Shown one piece after another: positions 51,717-64,000 of a DNA stretch of 64,000 bases; position 1 is the stretch's first letter, and every line of letters begins with the position of its first letter. The position numbers and the translations under genes were made by a program. This DNA comes from Takakia lepidozioides (lineage: Eukaryota; Plantae; Bryophyta): the NCBI GenBank assembly GCA_030704615.1, contig CM060731.1, positions 21,266,001 to 21,330,000 on the forward strand, written 5' to 3'. Below the pieces are notes generated by a model, which had not been told where the DNA came from, ran no database searches, and saw nothing but the letters and a program-made list of their open reading frames with translations.

Positions 51717-54700
51717 TCATACTCTGTCAAGAAGAGTGCCAGTGACTGCAGTGGTGGTGAGATCTACAAGCTCCAATTCTCCTACCACGCCCCGCATAAC
51801 ACTCTGGGAAGCCGTTTCCGCAGCGTCCAATTCTTCCATGACATTGTCTTCAAATACTATCCAGGAATCCAAGATGTCCATCATTCTTGCCATTAGCAGG
51901 TTGACTGCATCGGCCGCTTTTTCATCTGTATCTGGCGGTGGAACCACTTCATCAACCTGCAATACGCAACTTTTAGAATGGTCAGAAGAAGAAGATCATG
52001 ACTTAATCTCGAAGAAGAAAGCTCCGCATACATGACTGGGACGCTTGGATTTTTAGGCCGCCCGTCCCTTGCCCTGCCCTTCTATCATGGGCTTCTTACT
52101 TCTTGACAGCTTGAATCAGCTAACTAATGACAATTCGAGTGCTACTTCTAAGAAGTTAGGACCGAAACACTTCTGTAAGTACAACAGGTATAATTTAACC
52201 AGCTTATGGGACAAAATGGAAGAAAACATGAGAGAGGAAACAAAACCAGGGTGGAAAGTCACATCATACCATGATGCTGACGGCATGACGAGAGCAAACA
52301 ACCTCCCCAATCTCAGCCGACATCTGCTTGAGCAAGACTGGCACATATACTTCTTCAAGCTGCTCATGCCAGGGAATAAGCAAGTTGTTAGACTGAGAAT
52401 GTAAGTACTCTTGAATGTAAGCATTTGTACTGTTCAAGGGTCCTATGAGTGAAGACATCCGATGGAGGTGCAAAGGACATAAAAGGCACACATGTGGAAT
52501 AAGAACCAGTTTATAGAACTAGTTTGACGGTGGCAGAACAAAATCATACATGTACAACCAAAGAAAGTTCTAGAGATACTCAAATGTACAGCCCTGGGAT
52601 GCTTTGAAAAGCAGAGATGCGAACCTCTCTCTCCACAGGATCATAGAAATAGCCTTTTCTCGTCAGCTTATCAAAAACTTCCTCTGTGATCATCTTGAGG
52701 TATGCCCTTGCAACGTTCTGAGCCTCAATCTGCCAGACATCCACGGGTCCAGTACACCACGTTCACAACATTAGAATATAGGTCTACGGAAGTTCCTCAC
52801 CTGGGTGTGATTTGTCAGAAGAAGGTAACCACCGAAATGGAGGATTGATAAAACAATGCATGGACGATGTGCCTACAGCAGACGCAAGCTCGAGGGTATA
52901 TATGCCCAGACATGACGAAGTCCCGGCATGACAACAAACTCATCCTCGTCTAAAACTGTGGTCTTAAATTGAAGCAGCATTTCCACCAGACCTGATTGTA
53001 CACCATACCGAGTGAAAACCAAACGAAGGGTTCTTGGAGGGTTCTTGGTCTAATGCGTAAATCTCTTCCTTGCTCCTGCGGGGCTAAAGGTAAAAAAAAC
53101 CAAGATGAAATCTATGGTTCATTGAACTTATATCTTCGGGGCAGAAATCTAGAGAGAGGGAGAGAGAAGACCTTCAAACGCAGGAGCTCCTCTTCACGGA
53201 GACGCTTCTTCTCCTGGGCGACGCGCCGAGCCTTCTCCTCCATAGCCCGCCGTTCGCTGGCCTCCATGCGCTGTGTAGCTACGAGCTCCGCAACACGTAG
53301 TTGCTCAAAGCGATCCTGCCACAATCAGACCAGCCCTCCCAAAGGAACATTCTTTTGAAATGAACCATAGACAGCGCTGAAAAGCACAGCAGTGCAAACC
53401 CCTCGTTCTAGATTTTACTGAACAAAATGTAGTACGAAGTGCAGCGGAGCATTGCTGATACACATAATGTAAAGTCTACAGTCTCATCCCGTATTAGATC
53501 TTGGCGAGCTCACTGGACGCTAAATAGAAAATCGCAACAGGGGATTTCAACCTGGTGACAACGCAAGTGCTCCAGTTGCTTCTCTTCCAGGACCTCCATG
53601 AATCCTTGCTCGAGGCTTCTGCCCACAAGCACCTCCAGCATGGGCTCCACTTCCATGTCAAATTCAAATAGATCGCCCTCAAATATCTGCAGAACACAAC
53701 TTTGAGCAATCCCCGTTCAGAGTGCCCGTATATATGTTGTTCGGTACTTAGTAGACTTGTAGTACAAGCATTTTTCACCAATCCTGTTCAAAACCAAGAT
53801 GCCTAAGTCGCAGCCATTCCAAAACTTGTATAGTGTTTCTCTAATTAGCAAGGGGATAGGAAGATATAATTTGTGGGAGAGTTTCAGGACTACAGTACCT
53901 GAGTGAATACATCAGGACCAGATTTCCACGGAATGAAGAAAGGTGTGGCGGGCCGGTCGAGGAAGGGGTCTGTCTGAGTGGTGAAGTCATTAGTGGTTTT
54001 CTTGGCCGTCTGGTCCTCGAGATATAAGTCTGTCTGCCAGAATCGCATGCATGGCACCAAAGTTTATCTCTACTCTGGCATATATATGTACAAACTGTAA
54101 TCGAAACACTCATGACATCATTTGCACTAAACGAACTCTTGTCGTGTAGACTTCGCTTGGACTATCTAAGCTTGTGGCCATGTACACATTAAAAGTCTGT
54201 CAATTCCAGGTGAGCATTGGCTCCGGCACACCGCCAGTGACCCCTCAGTCTAGATAACAAGTTTAGAATAAATTAAAGCATCTGGGCTGTTCAAACTCGA
54301 AATGCTTAGTGTGACAGGAGTACATAACAACTGACCTAGCAACTTAGAAAACACTCTAGAGAGTTTGAGCTATCTCTATAGAAACTTAGATTGGTCTTGT
54401 AACAAGTCTAGATTCGAAGACAGGAAGTAGAGACTGAGAGTCCCACTGAAATGAGCTGAATTCTCCTAAAAACCAATTTGAAAACAAAGGGCTCACATGA
54501 CGTCTTCAAGACCTTTTGCAAATGGCAATGTAGGAAAAGTCTTCAAAAGTTGTCAGAACCAGAAGGACTGGTAGCTCGATCTAGATACTCACCTGGACAT
54601 CCATGTGTTGTCTGCCTGCAACAGGCTCCGGTGTGTCGGCCAGACGAACCGTTCTTGACTTTGGTGGACGAGGTTTATAAGTTGGCTCATCATCAGGATT

Positions 54701-55544
54701 AAACTGCAACCAAATTTACCCACATGTTCGGCTGGTGACAGTGTGCTATAATCTGAACCAGACCGTTTGACTTCTGACCTTCAATTGATGAACATTACGA
54801 TTGATATCATGGTCGCTTTTACAATCTTGTTAAATTATATCTGACACTCTAACTTGCATTGGTTGTGCCCAGACTGCTGGAGCTTCAATATGTATGAGCT
54901 TAATTCCTGAGAGTCCTAGTAACTTCTAAGTTGAAACTTGAAAACTTGAACACTCAGAGGAACATAAAGATGCTGAAACAATTATTAATCTGCCGGGAAC
55001 GTCAGAAGCCAAAGATTGCGACAGATTCTATGCGCGAAATTTCAGCGAGATCTTCGAGCGAGATCAGCATTCAATCTGATAATGAGCAAGTTGGAGATTC
55101 TGTACATATGAACTCGTTCTCAACCCTACCAATGATGTGGCTTCACTGCACCACATGTTTAGTTGAGTGACATGAAATCCTGTGCACCCGCTGTGAGTAC
55201 TTATTCTTAACTTGTCTGGCATCATTTCGAGATTACAGTTGCAGTGCTTTATGACTACACAGTGGAATTTAATCAATTGATCAACTGAGACTTTCACATC
55301 TGGGGGGAATCACCTTCGTTTTGTGTGTTGCGGACCCACGTATGACACGCGGATCAAATGCCAGGTTCTGCATGGGTGGACGTAATCTCGTGGATTTTGG
55401 AGCCACACGGACTGGTTCTGTGTTGAGATTCTCTTGCATGTCAGTGGGACTCTCATATTTGGGCCGGAGTTTGTTGCCATAGTTGAATCTACGGTCCGTG
55501 GTGGCCGCCCCAGCTTTCTTCACCCGAGGCTCCCTTGACCCCAT
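51717..55544 (-). CDS. RSP3: Flagellar radial spoke protein 3
   Basis: Exons: NLAFDPRVIRG (55544-55314); TPEPVAGRQHMDVQ (~54700-54592); TDLYLED...QTDPFLDRPATPFFIP (~54033-53899); IFEGDLFEFDMEVEPMLEVLVGRSLEQGFMEVLEE (~53686-53552); RFEQLRVAELVATQRMEA; GYFYDPVERE; LEEVYVP. The 3' end is uncertain and may splice on to ~51577-51347. Confidence 0.9.
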
Positions 55545-56685
55545 TTTGGCTCTGTTAATCAGATCTAGACTCACGCTTCAGAATGAAAGCTTTCCTGCCA
55601 GGATTCTGCCCAATATATGGATGTTCTGGGGGCTTCTCAAATGAAAGTGCTTCTGCACGATCCTCTCATGAACCAGCACTGCTTTCGTCTTTCCCATCTC
55701 TCCTGCCTGCCCCACCCTTTTCACAGTACTTACGAATCATGACAGTATGTATGTACAAGTAATGGAGTTCACAGGCTACACATCTGCCACAGATCTGTTT
55801 GTTCATTCGACGCCGATGTGAAACAACTGAACATTACAAGAGAACTTCCCGTCCAAAGACTGGCACCAAACTTCCTGGAGGGGATTGTCGCCTCATCCTG
55901 CAAGCTCACTGACCAATATCCGAGGCCACTCCATCTTTGCGAAACATTGTTTGTACAGGATGAGAAGAAACCGACGTAACATTGAGTTGAGTTTCCTTTG
56001 AAAGAGAGCGGAATCTTGATCTAGAAAGGAAGATCGATAGAGGGGGGGACGAAGGGGAGACACAGTCCAGACTGGGACCACCAAGCGGCGGTTACAGGTA
56101 CCACCACCCTGTTCACGAGATTCTTTGAATAGGCTTTTCCCCCGGGCAGCTCCTTCTCCCAGCCCGAAAAAACTTCCTAACTACCCACCTCAAACATTTA
56201 GCCGGGCAGATCCTGTTCACCAAAGACTTGTGGAAATGTTTCTGTGGGCAGCTTGAGAAACCTGAAGATCCCATGTAGCACAGAACTCTGGGGAAGTCCA
56301 CTGATCCATGTCAGATCTCTGAGCCATTCCGAGAGAGAGAGAGAAGACCCCAGCCCAGTAAGAGCCACTCTACCTTTGGGCTACTTCCCCCCCTGGTGAT
56401 GGCTTGCCAGGTCCAACAAAGCTTGAAGCAGGAACAGGATGGCCATTTCAAAACACTACTGAACGTTCTCTTTCCTGTCTCACCAGTCTTCAGTCCTGAG
56501 ATGTAGATGGAAGGGAAGCTACAACTTATTTCATATACTGGATAAGAGGTGGTACTTGAGAGGAAGGGATTTTTGTATGAGTATTTTTCCACCTAGTCTG
56601 TTCTCCCCGCTCCTTCTAGCTGCCTCTAGATACAGATAAGAAAGATAAGAGTGTTTGTTTCATCCTGGTTCCTGTATTAGTAATA

Positions 56686-56880
56686 GAATGTACTCATAAG
56701 CTGTTGTTTGCCCCTTTGTGGAAATAACCCCCACACCCAGTTTGGGCGGAGCTCAAGGGAACAGAAACTACCTTTGTGAGGGGCTCCCTCTGGTAGTGTG
56801 ACTTTCCATGGTGTAGACAATTAGTGCGGGCTTTCCTGATATCCTTTGAGGAAGCCCTTCACAAGCATCAACCTGATGTG
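56686..56880 (-). mobile_element. Old 3' fragment of the RTEX-like LINE
   Basis: gaatgtactcataagctgttgtttgcc...cccagtttgggcgga...caagcatcaacctg. Confidence 0.8.
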
Positions 56881-57633
56881 TAATACAAATAGAGATAAAC
56901 AGGGAGCATGTCAAATGACCACACTCTCTATCCCTCTTTGTACCTCAGAAACATACAACAATCGAGGTATGTGTTGGGTGTGGCATCAGAGTGCAATTAT
57001 AGTACAACATGCATCTCTCTTCGTGTTAAACAGAGAGCTCATGTGAGACGACGGCAGTCTAGTTCAAAGTGTACAAACATTATCCTACCGAAGACAAGTT
57101 CACCAGATTGCTGTTTCATTCACAAGAAAATGAATTGAATCACACGCCTTGCATTCAAGGCTCCACACTTTCCCTCTGTAGATACAAAACTGCAACTTCC
57201 ATTTAATAATATTCCACTTGATCCGTAGCGAGGTAATGCACCTTGCAATGCAAGAATAAATGTACAATAAGTGGGGTTTTACTTCACAGATTGGCAAGAG
57301 CTCTTCACACCAGCACTGAACTACCGAGCTAATTGCCCCACATGTGTTCCCTCTCACAGTTGAGGGGGTCTAAGCCCCCATCACAGGGGATGGCCGAATG
57401 ACACCAAGTCTTTCTTCCTCCTACCCTCTCAAGCTGAGAAAAAGTCAGCTACAGTTCACCTAAAGAGACTCTTAATCGTACCTCCATTGCTGGACTTCAC
57501 ATGTCGACTTGCAGTAGTCACCCACGAGTGACATTTGTATGTCTTGTAATTGTATGAAACAGAACACCAGCAAAGGGATTAAATAGAATACATTGGAAGG
57601 AATAAGTAGGGAGTGACATAGTTGGAGGAGACT

Positions 57634-60212
57634 CTAGTAAGAGAATTCTGTGCCCTTGGCTGAAATGTGCTTTTTAACCCAGATTGCCATATCCTCTGCA
57701 CAAGATTCAGCCTGCCTTGACTTCACCAACATGTCAAGTGTTGCAAATTCATGGACCGCATCTTTATATTCCAAAACCGGAGCATCAACATTTGCTTTTC
57801 GCAAGGCTTCTGAATATGCAATTGCCCTGTCCTTCATCCAATCAAGCTCTGCCACCACTGTGAGCGTTGGGGGCATTTGCTTCAAAAATGGCTCTCGTCC
57901 TGGCAGCAGAGGGTTGACGGCTGGATGGTCAAGGTCAAACTCCTTCTCTTGTAGAAATAACTTCCAGGCCAGTAAGCATGATGCTTTATCAAAAAAGTAG
58001 GAGTTGGCGAGCTTCACTTCTGAGTAGGTCGGTACCTTTCCCAAGAAGAATGGGTACATCAATACTTGAGCAACCACTTTCACAGGTTCCAGCGCGGACC
58101 TTGAGCGGAGAGCCATCCGGGTCACATGGTCAGCAATGTTTCCTCCTGAGCTCACTCCAAGCAGCAGAGTCCTGCATCAACCACATCACTTTCCAAGTTA
58201 ATCACATGTTCAGTCATTTCACGAATCTAAGCACAAACTTAAAGTTCAGCTCCAATGAACGGCCAATCAAATCCTCCCCTACAATAGACCTGAATTGCAT
58301 CATTCATGTAGACCCTCACTTTGCCTTGCGCTTCAAAGTTTATTGCCTCCCCAAGATACCCTTATCACCCTGGGGCACAGTCGAGGAAGGTAAGAGCATG
58401 GGGACTCTTTTAAAGTAGTCAACACAGAGAGCGTTCGACTGAGCTAGGAGAAAACAGAACAAGCTGGTGGCCACTTGAAACTAATGAAGATTCCTTTGCA
58501 GCAACCACAGGAAAACTGCAAATAACCTTTCCTAAGAACAGGTCCCCAGCAAAGTCCCCCGCCCCTGGATCATACACACAAATATGTGGCATGCCTTGGT
58601 TGGTTGAGATAGACATGACCACAGGCCTTCAATCAAACTTAGGTTTCCCTATGTCCTAGGGGGCCACCTAACCAGGGTCTGAAACGATCCTTCTAAAATT
58701 GATCGTCCCATTATAGTGCTCATACTCTGGCTTGCCTTATCACACAACCTAGGTTCAATTTGGGTCTGACTACCAATTGGGAAAACAATTCCAGAATGAT
58801 AGTACACTTGCAACTGCCATATATGTTTAAATCCATTTGCTTGGCCTCTACTTGTGTGAAGGCGTAAAGGACTCTCAAGTGCATCCTCCACCATTTGAGC
58901 TCCTAAAAACAAGAAGATCATACTTTATACATGCAAGAAGCACTGCCACAATACTGCTGTATGCAGGTCCAATTCCAGAGATTTGAGCTGTGATACGAAG
59001 GAGGTAGGTAGTTCTTTCAGTGGATGGCTGGATTTAATGGAACAAGACTTAGAATTCTATCATTCCCTGGTGGGGCCTATCTTGACCCTGGACTTAAATC
59101 AGATATGCGCCTAGATCAAAGGTCTTGTCTCGGATTTGGCTAACAGCTCAGAAGCACACTATACAGTGCTTCTGAGCTGTTTTGGCAAAATCCCCTCTAG
59201 GATCCAAAGATTGTCAGCTTCCTTTGCATCAAAACCCTAGCTTTCCAAGGACACTTATCATTCTAACAGAGGTCGCTTGAAGTTGATATCCGACTGCTGC
59301 TAAAGCCATATTTGCAGGCCCTCTCCTTTCCTTTCTAAGGACTGCTCTCCAGGATAGATGACCAGACTATGATCCCATTACCCTAGACATGAAATTGAAG
59401 GCACAGATACAGGCTGAGAAGACAACTGACCGGGTCACATCCCCATGAGCAGCAATCCAAGGCTCCAATGCCGTATCCCCAAATGAATCAACCAACTCCT
59501 TATACGAATCTGACCCCCTGTGCATAAATCCAGCCGGCACATAGGTTGATGTCTTGCTACATTCAGCCAGGTTGGATTGCTTTGCCAACCATTTGAGCGC
59601 CTCAAATCCATCCTCATAAGCTGCAGGGCACTTATGCTCAGGCGCCAATCTGTATCCAACCGCCACCACTATAACATTACACCCTTTTGCCATTCGTCTG
59701 CAGAATGCATCGTTAGCAGGTGAATCTTTGCTACCAGTGACAAACGCTCCCCCATGAAATTGCACCATAATTGGCAGCTTCTTGTGCGTTCCAACAGTAC
59801 TTGAAGGCACGTAGCCGTTGTAGGTATGGCCATAAACTCCTCGGATATCCGGCTGCAATTCATCTCCATGCTTTAGATCGCCGTTCGCTGATCCATACCT
59901 CTGTCTCGGATCCCACTCTTCACCCTCAACCCTGCTAGGATCTAAATTACCTAAGAAAACTGCACGCGAGTGATTTGGAAGGGCAGACAAAGGGAGAAAA
60001 ATACGGAGGGAGAGAGAGGTGAAGGGGTCTATGTGGACGTCTTTAGTGGCAACCCCGTCTACAAAGGATGCGTTGGCCGGAGTGGCTGTCGTTGAGGCCC
60101 GCGAGATCACTCCATACCCGTCGTTGTGGCTGGGAGCTGCCGTGCTGAGCAATTGTCGCTTAAGCAGGAGCTTGAATAACACACTATAAAGCTTTACCCC
60201 CACACTGGGCAT
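57634..60212 (-). CDS. Alpha/beta-hydrolase carboxylesterase (CXE11/CXE16-like), 2 exons
   Basis: Exon 60212-59431 (MPSVGVKLYSVLFK, DGVATKD, FHGGAF, GYRLAPE) and exon 58171-57634 (LLGVSSGGNIA nucleophile elbow, DWMKD, HEFATLD, TEFSY*). Phase-2 GT-AG intron. Confidence 0.93.
59142..59181. repeat. Perfect 16-bp inverted repeat in the CXE intron
   Basis: AACAGCTCAGAAGCAC-actataca-GTGCTTCTGAGCTGTT. Confidence 0.9.
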
Positions 60213-61370
60213 CTCTACCTCCTCTCCGCACGTACCCGTATGGTTTTAAACCCTGAATGAACTTCCCCTGAAGCTTATATCTCAATACGATTTTCAAAGA
60301 GATCACTCCTCAAAACTAGGTGGAGAAGGCAGATGGCAGCCCTAAACACACAGACGGTTGAAGCCCCCATACACGACGTCGACTGCCCATTGCGACATGA
60401 TCTATGCCTGTGACATTATACCACCCACCGCCACGAAAACTCTCATCAGAACCAAATGCTAGGAAAAAAGTTGGGACAGAGAGATTTTCGACCATCAACC
60501 TAGGTATACAAGTAAGGCCGAGAAACAGTCCTAAAAGAACAAAAGCAACTTTGACCTCAAGGCAAAGAGATGAAAAAGTAACGACGACTGTCAAGCTCTT
60601 CGAATAAAAAGAAAATGACTTAACAAAGCCAGGAGACGCCGCAGCTGACTCAATCCAACAGAAATCACAGACTCCAAACACTTCCAGACTTAAGGCAGAA
60701 TCAAACACCGGGATCAACAAGAGGAGGTAGTAAAGCAGAACTCAAAAGCTGGCAAAAACCGAAAAGAAGGCAGAGTATCCAGAACGATTCCAGAGTGAGA
60801 TGTAGTTGCACACAAATACCATGAACTGGACTCAGGAAACAGGCCACTCAGGCACGCCTCAGACAACAGAAAAATCCCGCAAAACTGCAGAGTCAAAGCA
60901 ATCTAACGACTTGTACATGTTGTAAATAAAGTCTTACAGGGTTTCATCAACAATCTAACGACTGCGCACGAGAAATTTCCTCGCAGCGAAGAACAAGTCT
61001 CTCCAACAAAGTCCTGGCACTCGCGACGACACAGAGAGGAAAAAAACGGGGGAGAAGCCCGCGCGGTCACAATCCTCTGGACATTCGTAGATTCCCTCTA
61101 TTATCCTCCGGATCCTTCCTCCCTTCCACATTATTGCAGGCATCCCGAACAGACCTCCGGTCAGTGCTTCTATCCCGCAGTCGCTCTTCCTGCGACCGCT
61201 CCTTGTTGGCTACTAGTAGCCCCGCCGGACAGCTGTCGTTGCCTCGTTGTAAAGTATAACGGATGGATGAAGAATAGATTGATGGGTGATGATTGGATGG
61301 ATAGACCCAGTCACATTATCACTGCATTTCAAATATATCATTAACTTACTTTTTGCCTCTAAAATGCGTC

Positions 61371-61517
61371 ACGGGGCCCACATACGGTAGGCCCCGGGCC
61401 ATGGTGGGGTGACCCTTTGTTTCAACGGGGCCCACATGCCTCACGCTTGTGCATTCAAGACGCCAGTCTCTAAAAGCGAATATGTGTCTAACTAGGGCTA
61501 GGGTTAGGGATAGGGTT
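61371..61517. promoter_or_regulatory. Divergent promoter region: two GGGCCCAC (site II/TCP) motifs plus a telobox-like TAGGG repeat
   Basis: acggggcccacat at 61371 and 61425; tagggctagggttagggatagggtt at 61493-61517; lies between CXE (-) and the PPR (+). Confidence 0.5.
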
Positions 61518-61673
61518 CGGTTCTCTTAGTCTTCCTAAGAACACAGTCATTCCCTTTGTAAAAGAATAAGACTAGCTCAAAGCTATGGCAGAAGGGAGAG
61601 AGAGAGAGAGAGAGAGAGCATTCCTTAGAGATTCGTCTGTCTGACTGCATTCGTTGTCGAGGACCTCCGGATC

Positions 61674-63620
61674 ATGCTTCGGGAGGGAGAGCACAGTGTG
61701 TGCAAGAGATTGGGTTCGGGATTAGTTTTTTTGTTATGCAGATCACGGACTATCGGCAGTGTTTCCCCTGGAAGGGGAAGGCAAGCGAAAGGGGGGGAGG
61801 TAAGAGCCACCTTGGGAAGTAATGATGTGAGCACTTTGTGTAAAGAGGGGCGATTGAAGGAGGCAATGTAAATTTTGGACCTTATGGACACACAGGGAAT
61901 TCGGGCAGACTTGGATACCTATGCTTGTCTCTTGTTGGAGTGTGCGAAGACGAGAGCCCTGGGAGATGGGGAGCACGTCCATAAGCACATCGTCAAGAGT
62001 GGAGTTGAGGTGGATATTTTCCTAGGGAACCTTCTTATCGGCATGTATGCCAAGTGCGGGAGTGTCGTGAGTGCGCGCCAATCGTTTGATAAAATGCGTA
62101 AGCGAGATGTGGTCTCATGGACTGCGATGATTGCAGGATATGCTCAACAGGGTGAAGAGGCATTCGATTTTTTCCGGCAAATGCAACGAGAAGGGGTGAA
62201 ACCAAACAAGGTCACCTTCGGTAGCATTCTCAAAGCATGTGCCAGCCCTGCAACTCTGGAACGGGGCAGGTGGGTCCATGCGGGAATTGTCAAAGCTGAA
62301 CTTGAGTCAGATATCAGGGTGGGGAATGCGCTTGTCAGCATGTATTGCAAGTGTGGGAGTGTGGAGGATGCATGCAAGGTGTTTGGAAACATGAGTGAAA
62401 GAGATGTCGTCTCATGAACTGCTATGATTGCAAGATGGGCTGAGCATGGTCATGGTACGGAGGCTTTCGATCTCTTTTGGCAAATGCAAAACGCGGGCGT
62501 TCAGCCAAACAAGATCACCTTCATGAGCATTCTGAAGAAACGTGGTCTCTTGGACTGCCCTTGTCAACATGTATTGCAAGTGCGGCAGTGTCGTGGATGT
62601 CTATCGGGAATGCCCTTGTTGACATGTATGCCAAATGTGGGAGTGTGGTGGATGCTTGGCAGGTATTCAACAATATTCTGCATCGGGATGTGATTTCATG
62701 GACTGCAATGATTATCGGATATGCCCAGCATGGGCTTGGCAAGGAGGCCCTCGGCCTCTTTGAACAGATGCAACACGAAGGGGTGAAGCCAGTCAAAGTC
62801 ACCTGTGTTGGTGTTCTTTCTGCTTGCAGCCATGTGGGCCTAGTTCATGAAGGTCGTAAGTACTTTAACTCCATGAGTAGAGATCATGGCATCACCCCAA
62901 CAGGGGAGCACTATGGGTGCATGGTTGACCTGTTTGGACGGGCAGGGTGCTTGACTGAGGCAGACAACTTCATTAGAAAGCTTCCAGTTGAACCAAGTCC
63001 CTCAGTGTGGGGGGCCTTGCTTGGTGCCTGCAGAGTTCATTGTGATGTTGGGCTAGCAGAGCGTGCTGCAGAAAGTGCTCTCAAGTTGGAACCACAAAAT
63101 GCTGCAGTTTATGTGCTGCTATCTAACGTCTATGCTGCAGCTGGTAGGTGGGACTAAGTGGTGAAGGTGAGGAAAATGATGGAGGACAGACGAGTGAAGA
63201 AAGAGCTGGGGTACAGCTGGATTGAGGTCAAGAACAAGATCCACAAGTTTGTTGCAGAAGATAGATCACACCCACAAACAGAGGAGATCTATGCCGAGTT
63301 GGAACAAGTGACTATACAGATGAAGGAGGCAGGATTTGTGCCTGATACACGGTTTGTTATGCATGATTTAGAGGAGCACCTAGAGGAACAGCATCTCTGC
63401 CACCACAGCGAAAAGCTGGCCATTGCTTTTGGGCTCATCACCACCCCCCCCCCCCCCCGGATCATCCATCTATATAACTAAGAACCTCTGTGTTTGCGGT
63501 GACTGTCACACCGCCACAAAATTCATTTCCAAACTTTTCAACAGAGAAATTGTTGTAAGGGATGCTAGCCGCTTCCATCACTTCAGGAATGGAGTATGTT
63601 CATGCGGGGATCATTGGTAA
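61674..63620 (+). pseudogene. PLS-E-DYW pentatricopeptide-repeat RNA-editing factor pseudogene
   Basis: PLS repeats, E domain (VWGALLGACRVH), [34 protein letters not shown]. Stops at 61869, 62415 and 63155, deletions/frameshifts at ~62540-62600, and a frameshift at the poly-C run ~63444-63458. Confidence 0.93.
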
Positions 63621-63835
63621 TGGTGGGAATCAAGTATCAAACATAAACGTACTTGCTACCTGTCCCACTGCAATCTGCTCCAGCCAAGGCATGCCAATCC
63701 CTCGCGCTTTGCCCCACAATCTACAATCACATAAAAATGAGGGCAAAAACCCCTGACCAAAGCTGATTGACCTATTTTCAACCACCACCAATGTCAGGTG
63801 ATGGGCATTTTCTAGCCGACACTTCACAGCAACAA

Positions 63836-63900
63836 CTCATTAGCCTTTACTTGCCCTAGCCTTTGTGGCCATAGCTCCATGCCCTGGTTTGGGCGAAGAA
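63836..63900 (-). mobile_element. Highly diverged 3' tip of the RTEX-like LINE
   Basis: actcattagcctttacttgccctagcctttgtggccatagctccatgccctggtttgggcg aligns with actcataagacgttgtttgccgtagccttgtggccattgaccccgcgcccagtttgagcg. Confidence 0.6.
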
Positions 63901-64000
63901 AATGGGAATTTAAATGCTTCGCAACTGCCAAGGTGCAATTCACCTTGCAGCTAAAGACCTTGACGGAATAGGGCCCTCAAAATTGTGAGGAGCGGCCCTA

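Noticed and set aside
61866-63157. PPR stop codons rescued by U-to-C editing
   Set aside because: This is a nuclear gene; the stop at 62415 replaces Trp (TGG>TGA), and frameshifts are also present.
1-64000. Window ends (aggggccgc / gcggcccta) look like terminal inverted repeats
   Set aside because: Only a ~7-bp match at arbitrary window boundaries.

Overview
Eukaryotic, intron-rich land-plant genomic DNA. A radial-spoke gene (RSP3) together with PLS/DYW-type PPR sequences points to a flagellate-sperm lineage (bryophyte, lycophyte or fern-like); the species cannot be fixed from the sequence alone. 1-16.5 kb is a transposon-derived block. It holds a disrupted MULE-like transposase, an antisense ORF with RNA Pol II CTD-like heptads, a dispersed 24-bp palindrome, captured gene fragments (including a senataxin-like helicase piece) ending at a Helitron-like terminus, an inverted pair of diverged spliced ORFs of unknown function, and LTR/PPT remnants. 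Four apparently intact minus-strand host genes follow: a WNK kinase (18.3-25.4 kb), TRAPPC10/TRS130 (34.9-49.2 kb), RSP3 (51.7-55.5 kb) and a CXE11/16-type carboxylesterase (57.6-60.2 kb). A plus-strand PLS-E-DYW PPR pseudogene lies at 61.7-63.6 kb. Introns and spacers carry at least 7 co-oriented copies of an RTEX-like LINE, most of them bounded by (GA)n/(TC)n tracts. They also carry a 145-bp solo LTR with an embedded tRNA-like Pol III module and a perfect 5-bp TSD, hAT and Harbinger MITEs, a single PPR triplet in a WNK intron, and a possible Crypton/DUF3504 relic. Exon coordinates were read by eye from GT-AG boundaries and protein-family calls come from recalled motifs; no searches were run.
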